Of a DNA stretch of 34,955 nucleotides, positions 19,335 to 29,597 are shown piece after piece. Each line of letters opens with the position of its first letter. Position 1 is the first letter of the stretch. This stretch comes from an uncultured Alistipes sp. Lineage in GTDB: Bacteria > Bacteroidota > Bacteroidia > Bacteroidales > Rikenellaceae. The stretch is from the NCBI GenBank assembly GCA_949296995.1, contig CASFSC010000147.1:1-34955 (forward strand), given 5' to 3'. Position numbers and translations under genes: made by a program. The notes below the pieces were generated by a model that made no database searches, was not told the origin of the DNA, and worked only from the letters and a program-made list of their open reading frames with translations.

Positions 19335-20801
19335 ATGTGTCAACACATTATAAACCTTCAAAACGGCTTAGCAAGAAATCCTGCCACAAGACTTAAAAGC
19401 GCAGCATCTTTTCAACTCGACAACGGAGAACATATCGCCATCGTAGGTCCAAACGGTGCCGGGAAAAGCATGTTGATAGAGATGCTTACCGGGAAATATC
19501 CTCTAATAAAGGGGTCAATAGAATACGATTTTGCACCCGGACACTCAAATGCTCCGTATGAAAATATAAAATATATCACCTTTCGCGATTCTTACGGCAC
19601 GGCAGATGCCAATTATTATCACCAACAACGATGGAACAGTCAAGACCAATATGATATTCCTATCGTAAGTGAAAGTTTGGGAGATATAGAAAACGTACAA
19701 TTACGAGATGAGCTGTTCGAATTGTTCGGCATGGAACCGCTATTGGATAAAAAACTGATATATCTGTCGAACGGTGAAATGCGCAAATTTCAACTTATAA
19801 AAACACTCATAACAAATCCACGTGTTTTAATCATTGACAATCCTTTTATAGGATTGGACGCACGGACGAGAGAGCTGCTCGGTGTTCTACTAAAAGACAT
19901 ATCTCAGAGGAGTGCATTGCAAATAATTCTTGTAGTATCACGGATAGAAGACATATCCGAATTCATCACCCATGTAGTACCGGTAAATGATATGGTGTGT
20001 GGAGAAAAAGTCACTCGCAAAGAATTTTTCGACACATATAAAACCCCTGTTACGACAGACATCAAATCGGCATTTGAGGCAGAGGTAAAGAGAAAAATGG
20101 ATGAAATACCTGACCATGGAAATAGTATCGAATCTGATATGATGGTGAAACTTAACAATGTGTCGATAAAGTATGGCAACCGTACCATATTAAAAGGTCT
20201 CGACTGGACAGTTATGAAAGGCGAAAAATGGGCTCTTTCAGGAGAAAACGGAGCAGGTAAATCTACCTTATTGAGTATCATTTGTGCCGACAATCCACAA
20301 TCATATGCCTGCGACATATCTCTGTTCGGGAGAAAACGTGGCACGGGCGAAAGCATCTGGGACATAAAAAAACATATAGGTTATGTATCACCCGAAATGC
20401 ACCGCAGTTATACGACAAACAATTCTGCTTTGGAAATTGTTGCAAGCGGATTGTTGGATACCATAGGTTTATATGTCAAACCAAAACCGGAACAGATAGC
20501 AATAAGTGAATCATGGATGGATATTTTCGGTATATCCGACTTAAAAGATCGTCCGATGAATCAACTTTCGAGTGGCGAGCAAAGGTTGATATTGGTTGCA
20601 AGAGCTTTTGTAAAAGATCCTGAACTGCTTATACTTGATGAACCGTTACACGGACTTGATGCTAAAAACCGTGCAAAAGTTAAAACTATTATCGAATGTT
20701 TTTGCCAACGCAGGGACAAAACCCTGATAATGGTAACACATTACGAAGAAGAACTGCCTGAATCTATCACAAACCGACTGTTTTTAAAACGAAACATATA
20801 A
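19335..20801 (+). CDS. Dual-domain ABC ATPase, ModF-like
   Basis: Two Walker A motifs (GPNGAGKS, GENGAGKS), signatures LSNGE and LSSGE, GESIWDIKKHIGYVS. No transmembrane segments evident. Confidence 0.88.
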   Translation: MCQHIINLQNGLARNPATRLKSAASFQLDNGEHIAIVGPNGAGKSMLIEMLTGKYPLIKGSIEYDFAPGHSNAPYENIKYITFRDSYGTADANYYHQQRWNSQDQYDIPIVSESLGDIENVQLRDELFELFGMEPLLDKKLIYLSNGEMRKFQLIKTLITNPRVLIIDNPFIGLDARTRELLGVLLKDISQRSALQIILVVSRIEDISEFITHVVPVNDMVCGEKVTRKEFFDTYKTPVTTDIKSAFEAEVKRKMDEIPDHGNSIESDMMVKLNNVSIKYGNRTILKGLDWTVMKGEKWALSGENGAGKSTLLSIICADNPQSYACDISLFGRKRGTGESIWDIKKHIGYVSPEMHRSYTTNNSALEIVASGLLDTIGLYVKPKPEQIAISESWMDIFGISDLKDRPMNQLSSGEQRLILVARAFVKDPELLILDEPLHGLDAKNRAKVKTIIECFCQRRDKTLIMVTHYEEELPESITNRLFLKRNI

Positions 20802-20951
20802 ATAGCCTATCCAAAATCAGACGGTATTCTTATTGATTTTGTTTGTATAAACCACGTACTTGAAATTAGATTTCAGAGACAAATACCACAAATATCAACC
20901 GCATTTGTCGGGCAAACATCTGAAAATTTTCTAGATGAATGTAAAAATATA

Positions 20952-21008
20952 AATAATTCTGTGTGGCCTTTCAAACTAAAAATAAATAAAAGGCCACACA
21001 GAATTATT
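20952..21008. terminator. Long inverted repeat, probable bidirectional terminator between the ModF-like gene and nadC
   Basis: Perfect 20-bp arms AATAATTCTGTGTGGCCTTT / AAAGGCCACACAGAATTATT with a 17-nt A-rich loop. Confidence 0.75.
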
Positions 21009-21040
21009 CTTTTTAATCCTTTAATCTTAAAAACAGCCAA

Positions 21041-21892
21041 TTAACAAGCCTTAAGGCTCATATCAAGACTTTTGATCTGGTGTGTAAGCGCTCCGACAGA
21101 AATTATATCAACTCCGCATTCGGCATATTCCCGCATGTTTTTAAGCGTTATACCTCCTGATGATTCTATTTCAGCACGGCCGTCAATCAATGCTACGGCC
21201 TCACGCGTAAGTTCAGGGGTGAAGTTATCCAACATTATACGGTCGACTCCTCCAGCACGAAAAACTTCATTTATATCATCCAAATTCCGTACTTCAACCT
21301 CTATTTTCAAATCCTTACCCTTATCTTTAAGATATTTATGCACTTTCATTATTGCATTATATACACCACCTGCAAAATCAATATGATTATCTTTAAGCAA
21401 TATCATATCGAACAATCCCATTCTATGATTTTCTCCACCTCCGATTTTCACAGCCATCTTGTCCAGCACACGCATTCCAGGTGTAGTTTTACGAGTATCG
21501 AAAACCTTTGTTTTTAACCCTTCGAGTTCCTTGACATATACAGCCGTCTGAGTTGCAACCCCACTCATCCGTTGCATAACATTCAACAATATACGTTCGG
21601 CCTGAAGCAGAGATATCAACCTGCCTTCAACATAAAATGCTATATCTCCCGGTTTGACATGCGAACCGTCATCCAACAGTTTTTCAAACTTTACATCCGG
21701 ATCAAGTCGCCGAAGTATCATTTCTGCTACCTCCACTCCCGCTAAAATACCTTCCTGTTTAATCAAAAGTTTCATGCGACCACGTTCATCATGAGGTATA
21801 CTCGCAAGCGATGTATGGTCTCCATCTCCTATATCCTCCTTAATAGCCAATTCGATAAGATCGTTCACATAAGGTACATATTCTTGTTTCAT
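21041..21892 (-). CDS. nadC: Quinolinate phosphoribosyltransferase (nicotinate-nucleotide pyrophosphorylase)
   Basis: EDIGDGDHT, ER-LLN, DTRKTTPG, HRMGL, LKDNH, EVEV, MLDNF, SSGG. Start placed at ATG 21892 because the 21922 start abuts the -7 box. Confidence 0.96.
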   Translation of the reverse strand: MKQEYVPYVNDLIELAIKEDIGDGDHTSLASIPHDERGRMKLLIKQEGILAGVEVAEMILRRLDPDVKFEKLLDDGSHVKPGDIAFYVEGRLISLLQAERILLNVMQRMSGVATQTAVYVKELEGLKTKVFDTRKTTPGMRVLDKMAVKIGGGENHRMGLFDMILLKDNHIDFAGGVYNAIMKVHKYLKDKGKDLKIEVEVRNLDDINEVFRAGGVDRIMLDNFTPELTREAVALIDGRAEIESSGGITLKNMREYAECGVDIISVGALTHQIKSLDMSLKAC

Positions 21893-21929
21893 ATCAATGC
21901 TTTTAATATAAATTACGTTCATTTTGTCA

Positions 21930-21987
21930 CAAAACTACAAAATTCAGCCAATATCGATAGACATCTTCTTAAAAATTTTTAACTTTG
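21930..21987. promoter_or_regulatory. Divergent sigma-A -7 boxes for nadC and the ilv operon
   Basis: TAGTTTTG on minus strand at 21930-21937 and TAACTTTG on plus strand at 21980-21987. Confidence 0.7.
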
Positions 21988-22011
21988 CAGAATAATTTAG
22001 TGTAAGAAGAA

Positions 22012-23820
22012 ATGAAACCTTTAAGAAGCAGTACATCAACAGGTGGTAGGCGAATGGCAGGGGCCAGAAGCCTATGGCGTGCAAACGGAATGAAAGATGA
22101 ACAAATGGGTAAACCTATTATCGCAATAGTCAACTCTTTCACACAATTTGTCCCGGGGCACGTCCATCTGCATGAAATAGGGCAGCAAATCAAACAGTGG
22201 ATAGAAGAAGAAGGTTGTTTCGCTGCCGAATTCAATACCATTGCAATAGATGACGGTATCGCAATGGGACATGACGGGATGCTTTATTCACTTCCTTCAC
22301 GCGACCTTATAGCCGACAGTATAGAATATATGTGCAATGCACATAAAGCCGATGCCATGATCTGCATATCTAACTGTGATAAAATCACTCCAGGTATGCT
22401 TATGGCTGCCATGAGACTAAATATCCCTGCTGTATTCGTATCTGGGGGTCCGATGGAAGCGGGCAAACTGGGCGATAAAGAATATGACCTTATCGACGTA
22501 ATGGTTAAAGGTGCCGATGAATCATATCCCGACGAAGAACTGGCAAAACTGGAACGAGTGGCTTGTCCTACATGCGGTTCATGTTCAGGTATGTTCACGG
22601 CAAACTCAATGAACTGCCTTACGGAAGCATTGGGATTGTCCCTGCCGGGTAACGGAACAATTCTCGCTACCCATGCTTTACGTACCGAACTATTCAAAAA
22701 AGCTGCAAAGCTGATTGTAAAAAATGCTAACGAATACTATTTCAACGACAACGAAAAGGTATTACCTCGCTCGATAGCAACGCGTGCAGCATTCCTCAAC
22801 GCAATGTCGATGGATATCGCAATGGGTGGTTCATCGAACACCGTCCTGCATCTATTGGCCGTGGCTCAGGAAGCAGGCGTAGATTTTACCATGAGCGATA
22901 TTGACAAACTTTCCCGTAAAATTCCTGTAATTTCAAAAGTGGCTCCTAACTCACATTTTCATATTCAGGATGTCAACCGTGCAGGAGGGATTCTCTCCAT
23001 CATGGGTGAATTAAACCGTGGAGGTCTTCTCGACACATCGACTTTCCGTGTCGACTACCCGTCGCTGAAAGAAGCTATCGAAGAAAACGATATTTTGAGT
23101 CCCAAAGTAACTCCAGAAGCTCTGCAAAGAGCATTGGCTGCTCCGGGAGGTAAATTCAATATCAAATTGGGTTCTCAGAACTCAACATATAAAGAAACAG
23201 ATACAGATCGTGCAAACGGATGTATCCGAGATCTGAACCATCCATATCTGAAAGATGGAGGATTGGCTGTATTGTTCGGGAATATCGCTCAAAACGGATG
23301 TATAATCAAAACGGCAGGTGTAGATCCTTCACTCATGCATTTCGAAGGTACAGCCCGCGTATTTGAATCGCAAGAAGCTGCCAGCGCAGGCATCCTGGGA
23401 GGAAAAGTCAACGCCGGCGATGTAGTGGTTATACGTTATGAAGGTCCTAAAGGAGGTCCCGGCATGCAGGAAATGCTCTACCCCACTTCATATTTGAAAA
23501 GTGTGAAATTGGATAAAGCATGCGCCTTGATAACTGACGGACGTTTCTCTGGAGGTACTTCAGGCCTATCGATAGGCCACATATCACCTGAAGCCGCAGC
23601 AGGAGGAAATATAGCTCTTATTAAAGACGGAGATAAAATAGTTATAGATATACCATCGCGCAGTATTAATGTTAGTGTTAGCGCCGATGAACTTGACCAG
23701 CGTAGAAAATTGATGGCTGAATTCGTACCCGTGGGACGTGATCGAGTCGTCAGCAAGGCCCTTAAGGCTTACGCTGCCATGGTCAGTTCAGCCGACAAGG
23801 GCGGAACAAGGCAAATTTAA
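22012..23820 (+). CDS. ilvD: Dihydroxy-acid dehydratase
   Basis: [56 protein letters not shown]. Confidence 0.98.
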   Translation: MKPLRSSTSTGGRRMAGARSLWRANGMKDEQMGKPIIAIVNSFTQFVPGHVHLHEIGQQIKQWIEEEGCFAAEFNTIAIDDGIAMGHDGMLYSLPSRDLIADSIEYMCNAHKADAMICISNCDKITPGMLMAAMRLNIPAVFVSGGPMEAGKLGDKEYDLIDVMVKGADESYPDEELAKLERVACPTCGSCSGMFTANSMNCLTEALGLSLPGNGTILATHALRTELFKKAAKLIVKNANEYYFNDNEKVLPRSIATRAAFLNAMSMDIAMGGSSNTVLHLLAVAQEAGVDFTMSDIDKLSRKIPVISKVAPNSHFHIQDVNRAGGILSIMGELNRGGLLDTSTFRVDYPSLKEAIEENDILSPKVTPEALQRALAAPGGKFNIKLGSQNSTYKETDTDRANGCIRDLNHPYLKDGGLAVLFGNIAQNGCIIKTAGVDPSLMHFEGTARVFESQEAASAGILGGKVNAGDVVVIRYEGPKGGPGMQEMLYPTSYLKSVKLDKACALITDGRFSGGTSGLSIGHISPEAAAGGNIALIKDGDKIVIDIPSRSINVSVSADELDQRRKLMAEFVPVGRDRVVSKALKAYAAMVSSADKGGTRQI

Positions 23821-23859
23821 CAAACACTATTATTATTAACTGAAATTTACGTCGCAGAT

Positions 23860-25554
23860 ATGTCTAACAAACAAAGAATAAAAGGAGCCGAGGCAGTGCT
23901 CTTATCAATTATGGCAGAAGGAACCGATACTATTTTCGGTTATCCCGGAGGGCAGGTTATTCCCATATACGATCATTTATATAACCATCGCCACGAGTTG
24001 AATCATATACTTACCCGCCACGAACAGGGAGCGGTACACGCAGCTCAGGGTTATGCCCGTGTAACAGGTAAGGTAGGTGTTTGTATCGCCACTTCTGGTC
24101 CGGGTGCAACTAATCTCGTTACCGGTATCGCCGATGCCATGCTTGACTCTACACCTATAATATGTATTACAGGACAGGTTCCATCCTCCCTGCTTGGAAC
24201 TGACGCATTTCAGGAAGCAGATATAATAAGCGTTACCATGCCTATATCAAAATGGAATTTCCAGGTAACGAAAGCTTCTGAAATACCCCAGGCAATAGCT
24301 AAAGCATATTATATAGCTCGCACAGGACGTCCTGGCCCGGTAGTTATAGATATTACAAAAAACGCTCAGGTAGAGGAATTCGATTATGCTTACAAACCAT
24401 GTATATATCTTCGCAGTTATAATCCTAAACCTGAACTTGATAAAACAGCAATAGCTAAAGCTGTTGAACTCATAAATGCATCTGAGAAACCGCTTATACT
24501 TGCAGGTCAAGGTGTAAAATTGGCAGGTGCTGAAAATGCTTTGATAGAGTTTGCTGAAGCAGCAAACATACCGGTAGCTCAGACACTGATGGGAATATCC
24601 GCTATCCCGAACAATCATCCTATGTTTATAGGTAATCTAGGTATGCACGGAAATCTCAGTGCAAATGCCATGACTCAGGAAAGCGATCTTATAATTGCCG
24701 TAGGTATGCGTTTCAGCGACCGAGTAACAGGAGATATCAAAGATTATGCACCGAAAGCTAAAATAATACATATAGATATAGATGTTGCCGAATTAGGCAA
24801 AAACATCCCTGTTGAGTTACCTATACATGCAGATGCAAAAGATGCTCTCGAAGCATTGAAAACAGGAATTAAACATAAAGATCGTCAAGAGTGGTTCGAT
24901 TTCGCAAAACCGTATAAAAAACAAGAATACGAAGAGATTGTAAAACCTAGCATAAACGGAGATTGTATCACTATGACTGATGTTATACGTACATTGGCCG
25001 AAGTTGAAAAAGGAGATGCAATTATCGTTACCGATGTTGGACAAAATCAGATGTTCAGTGCAAGATATTCCAAATTCAACTCTACACGCAGTTTTATAAC
25101 ATCTGGTGGTTTGGGAACTATGGGATTTGGATTACCTGCCGCTATGGGTGCAAAATTGGGTGCTCCCGAAAAAGAAGTAGTTGCCATCATGGGTGATGGA
25201 GGATTCCAGATGACAATGCAAGAATTAGGCACCATCATGCAGAACAATATAGGTTTAAAAATGATCGTTCTGACCAACAATTACCTCGGAATGGTACGTC
25301 AATGGCAACAACTGTTTTTCGATAAACGTTATTCGTTTACTGAAATAGACAATCCTGATTTCACTATGATTGCAAAAGCATATGGCGTGGAAGCTGAAAA
25401 GGTATATGACCCCAAAGAACTAGAAGCTGCTATAAAACGCATGGCTGATGCAAAAGGTTCATATTTCCTTGAAATAATCGTGAAAAAAGAGGAAAACGTA
25501 TTCCCTATGGTTCCTGCAGGAGCTTCATTGTCAAACATCATTTGTAAAGAGTAA
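23860..25554 (+). CDS. ilvB: Acetolactate synthase large subunit
   Basis: FGYPGG, RHEQGA, TSGPGATN, AFQE, SGGLGTMG, ThDP motif GDGGFQM...NN-LGMVRQWQ. Confidence 0.97.
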   Translation: MSNKQRIKGAEAVLLSIMAEGTDTIFGYPGGQVIPIYDHLYNHRHELNHILTRHEQGAVHAAQGYARVTGKVGVCIATSGPGATNLVTGIADAMLDSTPIICITGQVPSSLLGTDAFQEADIISVTMPISKWNFQVTKASEIPQAIAKAYYIARTGRPGPVVIDITKNAQVEEFDYAYKPCIYLRSYNPKPELDKTAIAKAVELINASEKPLILAGQGVKLAGAENALIEFAEAANIPVAQTLMGISAIPNNHPMFIGNLGMHGNLSANAMTQESDLIIAVGMRFSDRVTGDIKDYAPKAKIIHIDIDVAELGKNIPVELPIHADAKDALEALKTGIKHKDRQEWFDFAKPYKKQEYEEIVKPSINGDCITMTDVIRTLAEVEKGDAIIVTDVGQNQMFSARYSKFNSTRSFITSGGLGTMGFGLPAAMGAKLGAPEKEVVAIMGDGGFQMTMQELGTIMQNNIGLKMIVLTNNYLGMVRQWQQLFFDKRYSFTEIDNPDFTMIAKAYGVEAEKVYDPKELEAAIKRMADAKGSYFLEIIVKKEENVFPMVPAGASLSNIICKE

Positions 25555-25559
25555 ACGCC

Positions 25560-26075
25560 ATGATCAAAGAATATATAGTAATTGCATTCACGGAGAACCA
25601 AATCGGGGTTTTAAACCGTATAACGGCTTCATATCTCCGTAGAAAAATAAATATCGAAAGTCTTAAGGTTTCAGAATCTTCGATCAAGGGTATCAGTATG
25701 TTCGTCATATCGGCATTTACGACCGATGAAGTTATTGACAAACTGGTAAAACAACTGCGAAATATAATAGATGTTATTCAGGTAGAATATTACTCTAGCG
25801 AGGAATTGATTACACAGGAAATAGCACTATACAAGATATCTTCAAAAATATACAAAGAAAACGGCACAGTTGATATGATAATCAGAACATGGAATGCTCG
25901 TATAATCGAGATGAATCCTTCGTATGTGGTTGTCGAAAAAACAGGCACAAGAGAAGATATCGAAGCAATGAAAAACGAACTTGAAAGTAAAGGCTTATTA
26001 ACCGAATTCACACGTTCAGGAAGCGTTGTTCTGCACAGAGATGCTCCTGATCCGAATTTAGCTGACAAATTTTAA
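25560..26075 (+). CDS. ilvN: Acetolactate synthase small regulatory subunit
   Basis: ACT domain ENQIGVLNRI...RRKINIESL, EIALYK, RSG. Lies 5 nt after ilvB. Confidence 0.93.
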   Translation: MIKEYIVIAFTENQIGVLNRITASYLRRKINIESLKVSESSIKGISMFVISAFTTDEVIDKLVKQLRNIIDVIQVEYYSSEELITQEIALYKISSKIYKENGTVDMIIRTWNARIIEMNPSYVVVEKTGTREDIEAMKNELESKGLLTEFTRSGSVVLHRDAPDPNLADKF

Positions 26076-26125
26076 CAAAAAGACTATTAAACTTTAACAA
26101 TAACATACTTTAAAACACGAGTAAG

Positions 26126-27175
26126 ATGGCAAAAATGAATTTTGGAGGAGTTATCGAAAACGTGGTTACACGTGAAGAGTTCCCCCTGAGCAAAGCTCTC
26201 GAAACATTGAAAGGTGAAACTATTGCCGTAATCGGTTATGGCGTACAAGGACCGGGACAGGCTCTTAATCTGAAAGACAACGGATTCAACGTTATCGTAG
26301 GACAGAGAAAAAATTCTAAAACTTGGGACAAAGCTATTGCTGACGGTTGGGTTCCTGGTGAAACTTTGTTCGAAATTGAAGAAGCTTGCCAAAAAGGTAC
26401 TATTATACAATATCTCCTTTCTGACGCAGCTCAGATAAAAATGTGGGATACTGTAAAAAAACACCTTACAGCTGGTAAAACATTATATTTCTCACACGGT
26501 TTCGGTATCACTTATAAAGAACGTACAGGTATCATTCCTCCTGCAGACGTTGACGTTATAATGATTGCTCCTAAAGGTTCTGGTACATCTTTGCGCCGTC
26601 TGTTCCTTGAAGGACGTGGTTTGAACTCAAGTTATGCCGTATTCCAGGATGCTTCAGGAAAAGCTATGGATAAAGTTATTGCTCTCGGTATCGGTATAGG
26701 TTCAGGCTACCTGTTTGAAACCGATTTCAAACGCGAAGTTTATTCTGACCTCACTGGTGAACGTGGTACTTTGATGGGTGCAATCCAAGGTATTTTTGCT
26801 GCCCAATATCAGGTTTTGCGTGAAAACGGACATACTCCTTCTGAAGCATTCAATGAAACTATCGAAGAACTTACACAAAGCCTTATGCCATTGGTTGCAG
26901 AAAACGGTATGGATTGGATGTACGCTAACTGCTCTACTACTGCTCAACGTGGTGCTTTGGACTGGTGGAAACCTTTCCGTGACGCTACTTTGCCGGTATT
27001 CAAGAAACTTTATTCTGAAGTTGCTTCCGGAAATGAAGCTCAACGTTCTATAGATTCAAACAGCAAACCAGATTACCGCGAAAAACTTGATGCAGAACTT
27101 AAAGATCTGCGTGAAAGTGAAATGTGGCAAACTGGTGCTACTGTCCGCAGTTTGCGTCCAGAACGTCAGAAATAA
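26126..27175 (+). CDS. ilvC: Ketol-acid reductoisomerase (Bacteroidetes type)
   Basis: VIGYGVQG, LLSDAAQ, FSHGF, APKGSG, SDLTGERG-LMG, CSTTAQRG. Confidence 0.97.
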   Translation: MAKMNFGGVIENVVTREEFPLSKALETLKGETIAVIGYGVQGPGQALNLKDNGFNVIVGQRKNSKTWDKAIADGWVPGETLFEIEEACQKGTIIQYLLSDAAQIKMWDTVKKHLTAGKTLYFSHGFGITYKERTGIIPPADVDVIMIAPKGSGTSLRRLFLEGRGLNSSYAVFQDASGKAMDKVIALGIGIGSGYLFETDFKREVYSDLTGERGTLMGAIQGIFAAQYQVLRENGHTPSEAFNETIEELTQSLMPLVAENGMDWMYANCSTTAQRGALDWWKPFRDATLPVFKKLYSEVASGNEAQRSIDSNSKPDYREKLDAELKDLRESEMWQTGATVRSLRPERQK

Positions 27176-27193
27176 TAATTATAATACAATACT

Positions 27194-27228
27194 AAAAAAC
27201 TTCTATGCTTATCGCATAGAAGTTTTTT
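27194..27228. terminator. Bidirectional terminator between ilvC and the glycosyltransferase operon
   Basis: AAAAAACTTCTATGC-ttatc-GCATAGAAGTTTTTT. Confidence 0.88.
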
Positions 27229-27270
27229 TATGGCCTTATCCGGAACATTTTACACCGGACAAATAGATAT

Positions 27271-28164
27271 TTATCTTGTAACGACAGATCTATTTCGCAA
27301 CATTTTTTTCGACTTCAATTTATAACGCAGAAGTCTCAAATCATACATAATCGACGAATAAGGCTTGTACATTTCTTCTGCAAAATCGAGATATTCAAAC
27401 ATGCCTTTTTTCAGCACATTCTTATAAAACTTATACGCAGTATATCGTTCCGTACGCAATAAACGTGAAGGTGAGATCGGAATTGATGACATAGGTAGCT
27501 TATCACCCCATTTGTCCTGAAATAATTTGGTATAATAATACCATTCCGCATTATGACTTCCCTCAGACATGTGTTCGACCAATATGGAATGACAAATATA
27601 ATTTTTATAATATTGCGATATATTGACCGTAAAATCCAAATCATAAAGATGAAATCTGTCAAAAAGAAGTTCATCGAAAGGGTGTTCCCGCCACACCTTT
27701 TTAGGAACAATGATACAAAGACCGTCAATCTGTACAACACGTGAAAAATCGGAGATTCCAGCCCTTTTAGTATACATTTTGATAACATCTCCTGAACGAC
27801 CGTTCGAATGCTGCATCAAGCTGCCCATTTCGAATTCCGGATCACATCCTACCGGGGATGGTGATTTAGTCTTAATCTGAGAACCTAAAAAGCCGACAAC
27901 TCCAGCATCGGGATTTTCTCCATAAAAATCTACAATTTTCTTTCCCCAATCCGGAGTTTTAAAATAAAGATCTTCATGTAAATAACATATTATATCATTG
28001 GTAGCTCTTTCTGAATAATGGTTATAAACCTTGCATAAACCCCAGTTGACAGTTCTATTATCATGGACAAAAATCTCTGGCTCGAATCCGCATGTCGAAT
28101 TTATATTTTCAACAACTTTTTTTTGCCGTTCAGGATCGACAGAACATATTACAAATGAGATCAT
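27271..28164 (-). CDS. Glycosyltransferase, GT2-like (Glyco_tranf_2_5/StrF-like)
   Basis: MISFVICS, YN, YLHEDL, VVG--G, DG, FDE...FHLYDLD, H-S-G. Confidence 0.8.
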   Translation of the reverse strand: MISFVICSVDPERQKKVVENINSTCGFEPEIFVHDNRTVNWGLCKVYNHYSERATNDIICYLHEDLYFKTPDWGKKIVDFYGENPDAGVVGFLGSQIKTKSPSPVGCDPEFEMGSLMQHSNGRSGDVIKMYTKRAGISDFSRVVQIDGLCIIVPKKVWREHPFDELLFDRFHLYDLDFTVNISQYYKNYICHSILVEHMSEGSHNAEWYYYTKLFQDKWGDKLPMSSIPISPSRLLRTERYTAYKFYKNVLKKGMFEYLDFAEEMYKPYSSIMYDLRLLRYKLKSKKMLRNRSVVTR

Positions 28165-28220
28165 ACTATTAAAATTATTACTGCAAATGCCTAAAAATTA
28201 TTATTAGACCCAAATTAGCT

Positions 28221-28847
28221 CTATTTCCATGAAGGATTATAATAGTGCAAACTATGTGTATTTTCCGTAATATTAAGGCCCGTACGGTAAGAATATGCGT
28301 TAAAATAATCTTTCGGGAAAATATGGAATCCCTGATACTCCTGATGAGTGAAACAATTACTTAAATCGACCCCATGTTTTTTCATTATTCTCGACAACAA
28401 AATGGTTATAGGGGTCCTGTTTAAACGTCCGTTCCAACGTATAAATGATTTTTTTTCATAATATGCCATCAACTCTTTCACCCAATATGTATGTGCCGAC
28501 GCACCTACCGTACCGAAATGTAATATTTCATCTTCCTCAAATCCGATAAAAGAGTCATACTTGAGAAATTCATCCAGATTCTTCAACACCTCTACATCCG
28601 TATCCAGATATATCCCTCCGTACTGTTCAAGTGCACACAATCTGGCATAATCGGCAACAAAAGCAAACTTACGCTTTTCATAAGCCTGACGTGTAAATTT
28701 TATCGAATTAATATCGAAATTATCTTCATTCCAAAGTTTAAACTCATAATCGGGAAGAAAGCGTTTCCAACTTTCCATACATTTACGGTCGCATTCAGGC
28801 ATCTCGCCATGTCCGAACCAACAATAGTGTACTATCTTAGGAATCAT
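28221..28847 (-). CDS. Glycosyltransferase family 32 (OCH1-like, DXD)
   Basis: MIPKIVHYCWFG, SWK, WNE, AFVADYARL, GGIYLDTDVE. Overlaps the upstream gene by 11 nt. Confidence 0.9.
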   Translation of the reverse strand: MIPKIVHYCWFGHGEMPECDRKCMESWKRFLPDYEFKLWNEDNFDINSIKFTRQAYEKRKFAFVADYARLCALEQYGGIYLDTDVEVLKNLDEFLKYDSFIGFEEDEILHFGTVGASAHTYWVKELMAYYEKKSFIRWNGRLNRTPITILLSRIMKKHGVDLSNCFTHQEYQGFHIFPKDYFNAYSYRTGLNITENTHSLHYYNPSWK

Positions 28848-29586
28848 GCTCCCAAAGTTTTGAAATAGTTACAAACTTATATACGGCATCGAGCATAGCA
28901 TTCACATAACCTGCCTTACCATCTCGAAATCCTCCTTTTAATATATACATGCGCACGAAACGATGGGTTGCCTTGAAAAAGGCTCCCAAAATCGTATAAC
29001 TTTGTCCGATACGCCTTACGACCTCTTTATTAGTATAGTTATTCAGTTTGGCAATACGTTGTTCAATGGTTTCATTAGCCAAATGTTCAAAAGCAAGCTC
29101 TTTTCTCCTACGCGGAATTTTGGTAACAAGACCGTCAATTTTAGCCGTAGCATGGATTGTTGAAGGCCAATAAGTTTTTGATTTACGTACCAAACGCAAT
29201 ATATAATCGGGATAAGCTCCATGCATGAAACGACCCATAAAATAGTTCTTTCTCGGAATAAAAAGCCCGCTGAAACGTTCTCCGTCTGGAGAACTCACAA
29301 ATGCATAAAGGTACTCTCTCAATTCGACTGGCACCACCTCATCTGAATCGACAACCAGCACCCATTCATTCGAAGCCTGCGAAATGGCATAATTACGGGC
29401 CGGCTCGACAATCCCCGATCGTTCATAATATACGATTTTGGCCCCATATTCAGAAGCTATTGCAATAGTCGAATCGGTACTATGCATATCGCATACCACT
29501 ATCTCATCAAAACGGGAAACTGATGCCAATGTAGTCCGTAAATATTGTTCCGAATTAAATGTATTTATTACTACAGAAATTTTCAT
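28837..29586 (-). CDS. Glycosyltransferase family 2 (WaaE/KdtX-like, LPS core type)
   Basis: ISVVINTFN, D--STD, ARN, VDSDE, YPDY, GFRDGKAG. Confidence 0.88.
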   Translation of the reverse strand: MKISVVINTFNSEQYLRTTLASVSRFDEIVVCDMHSTDSTIAIASEYGAKIVYYERSGIVEPARNYAISQASNEWVLVVDSDEVVPVELREYLYAFVSSPDGERFSGLFIPRKNYFMGRFMHGAYPDYILRLVRKSKTYWPSTIHATAKIDGLVTKIPRRRKELAFEHLANETIEQRIAKLNNYTNKEVVRRIGQSYTILGAFFKATHRFVRMYILKGGFRDGKAGYVNAMLDAVYKFVTISKLWEHDS

Positions 29587-29597
29587 TATTACTATTA

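Noticed and set aside
28165-28223. Possible premature stop in the short GT32 gene
   Set aside because: A second in-frame stop follows two codons later, and the final conserved H---SW motif is already present.
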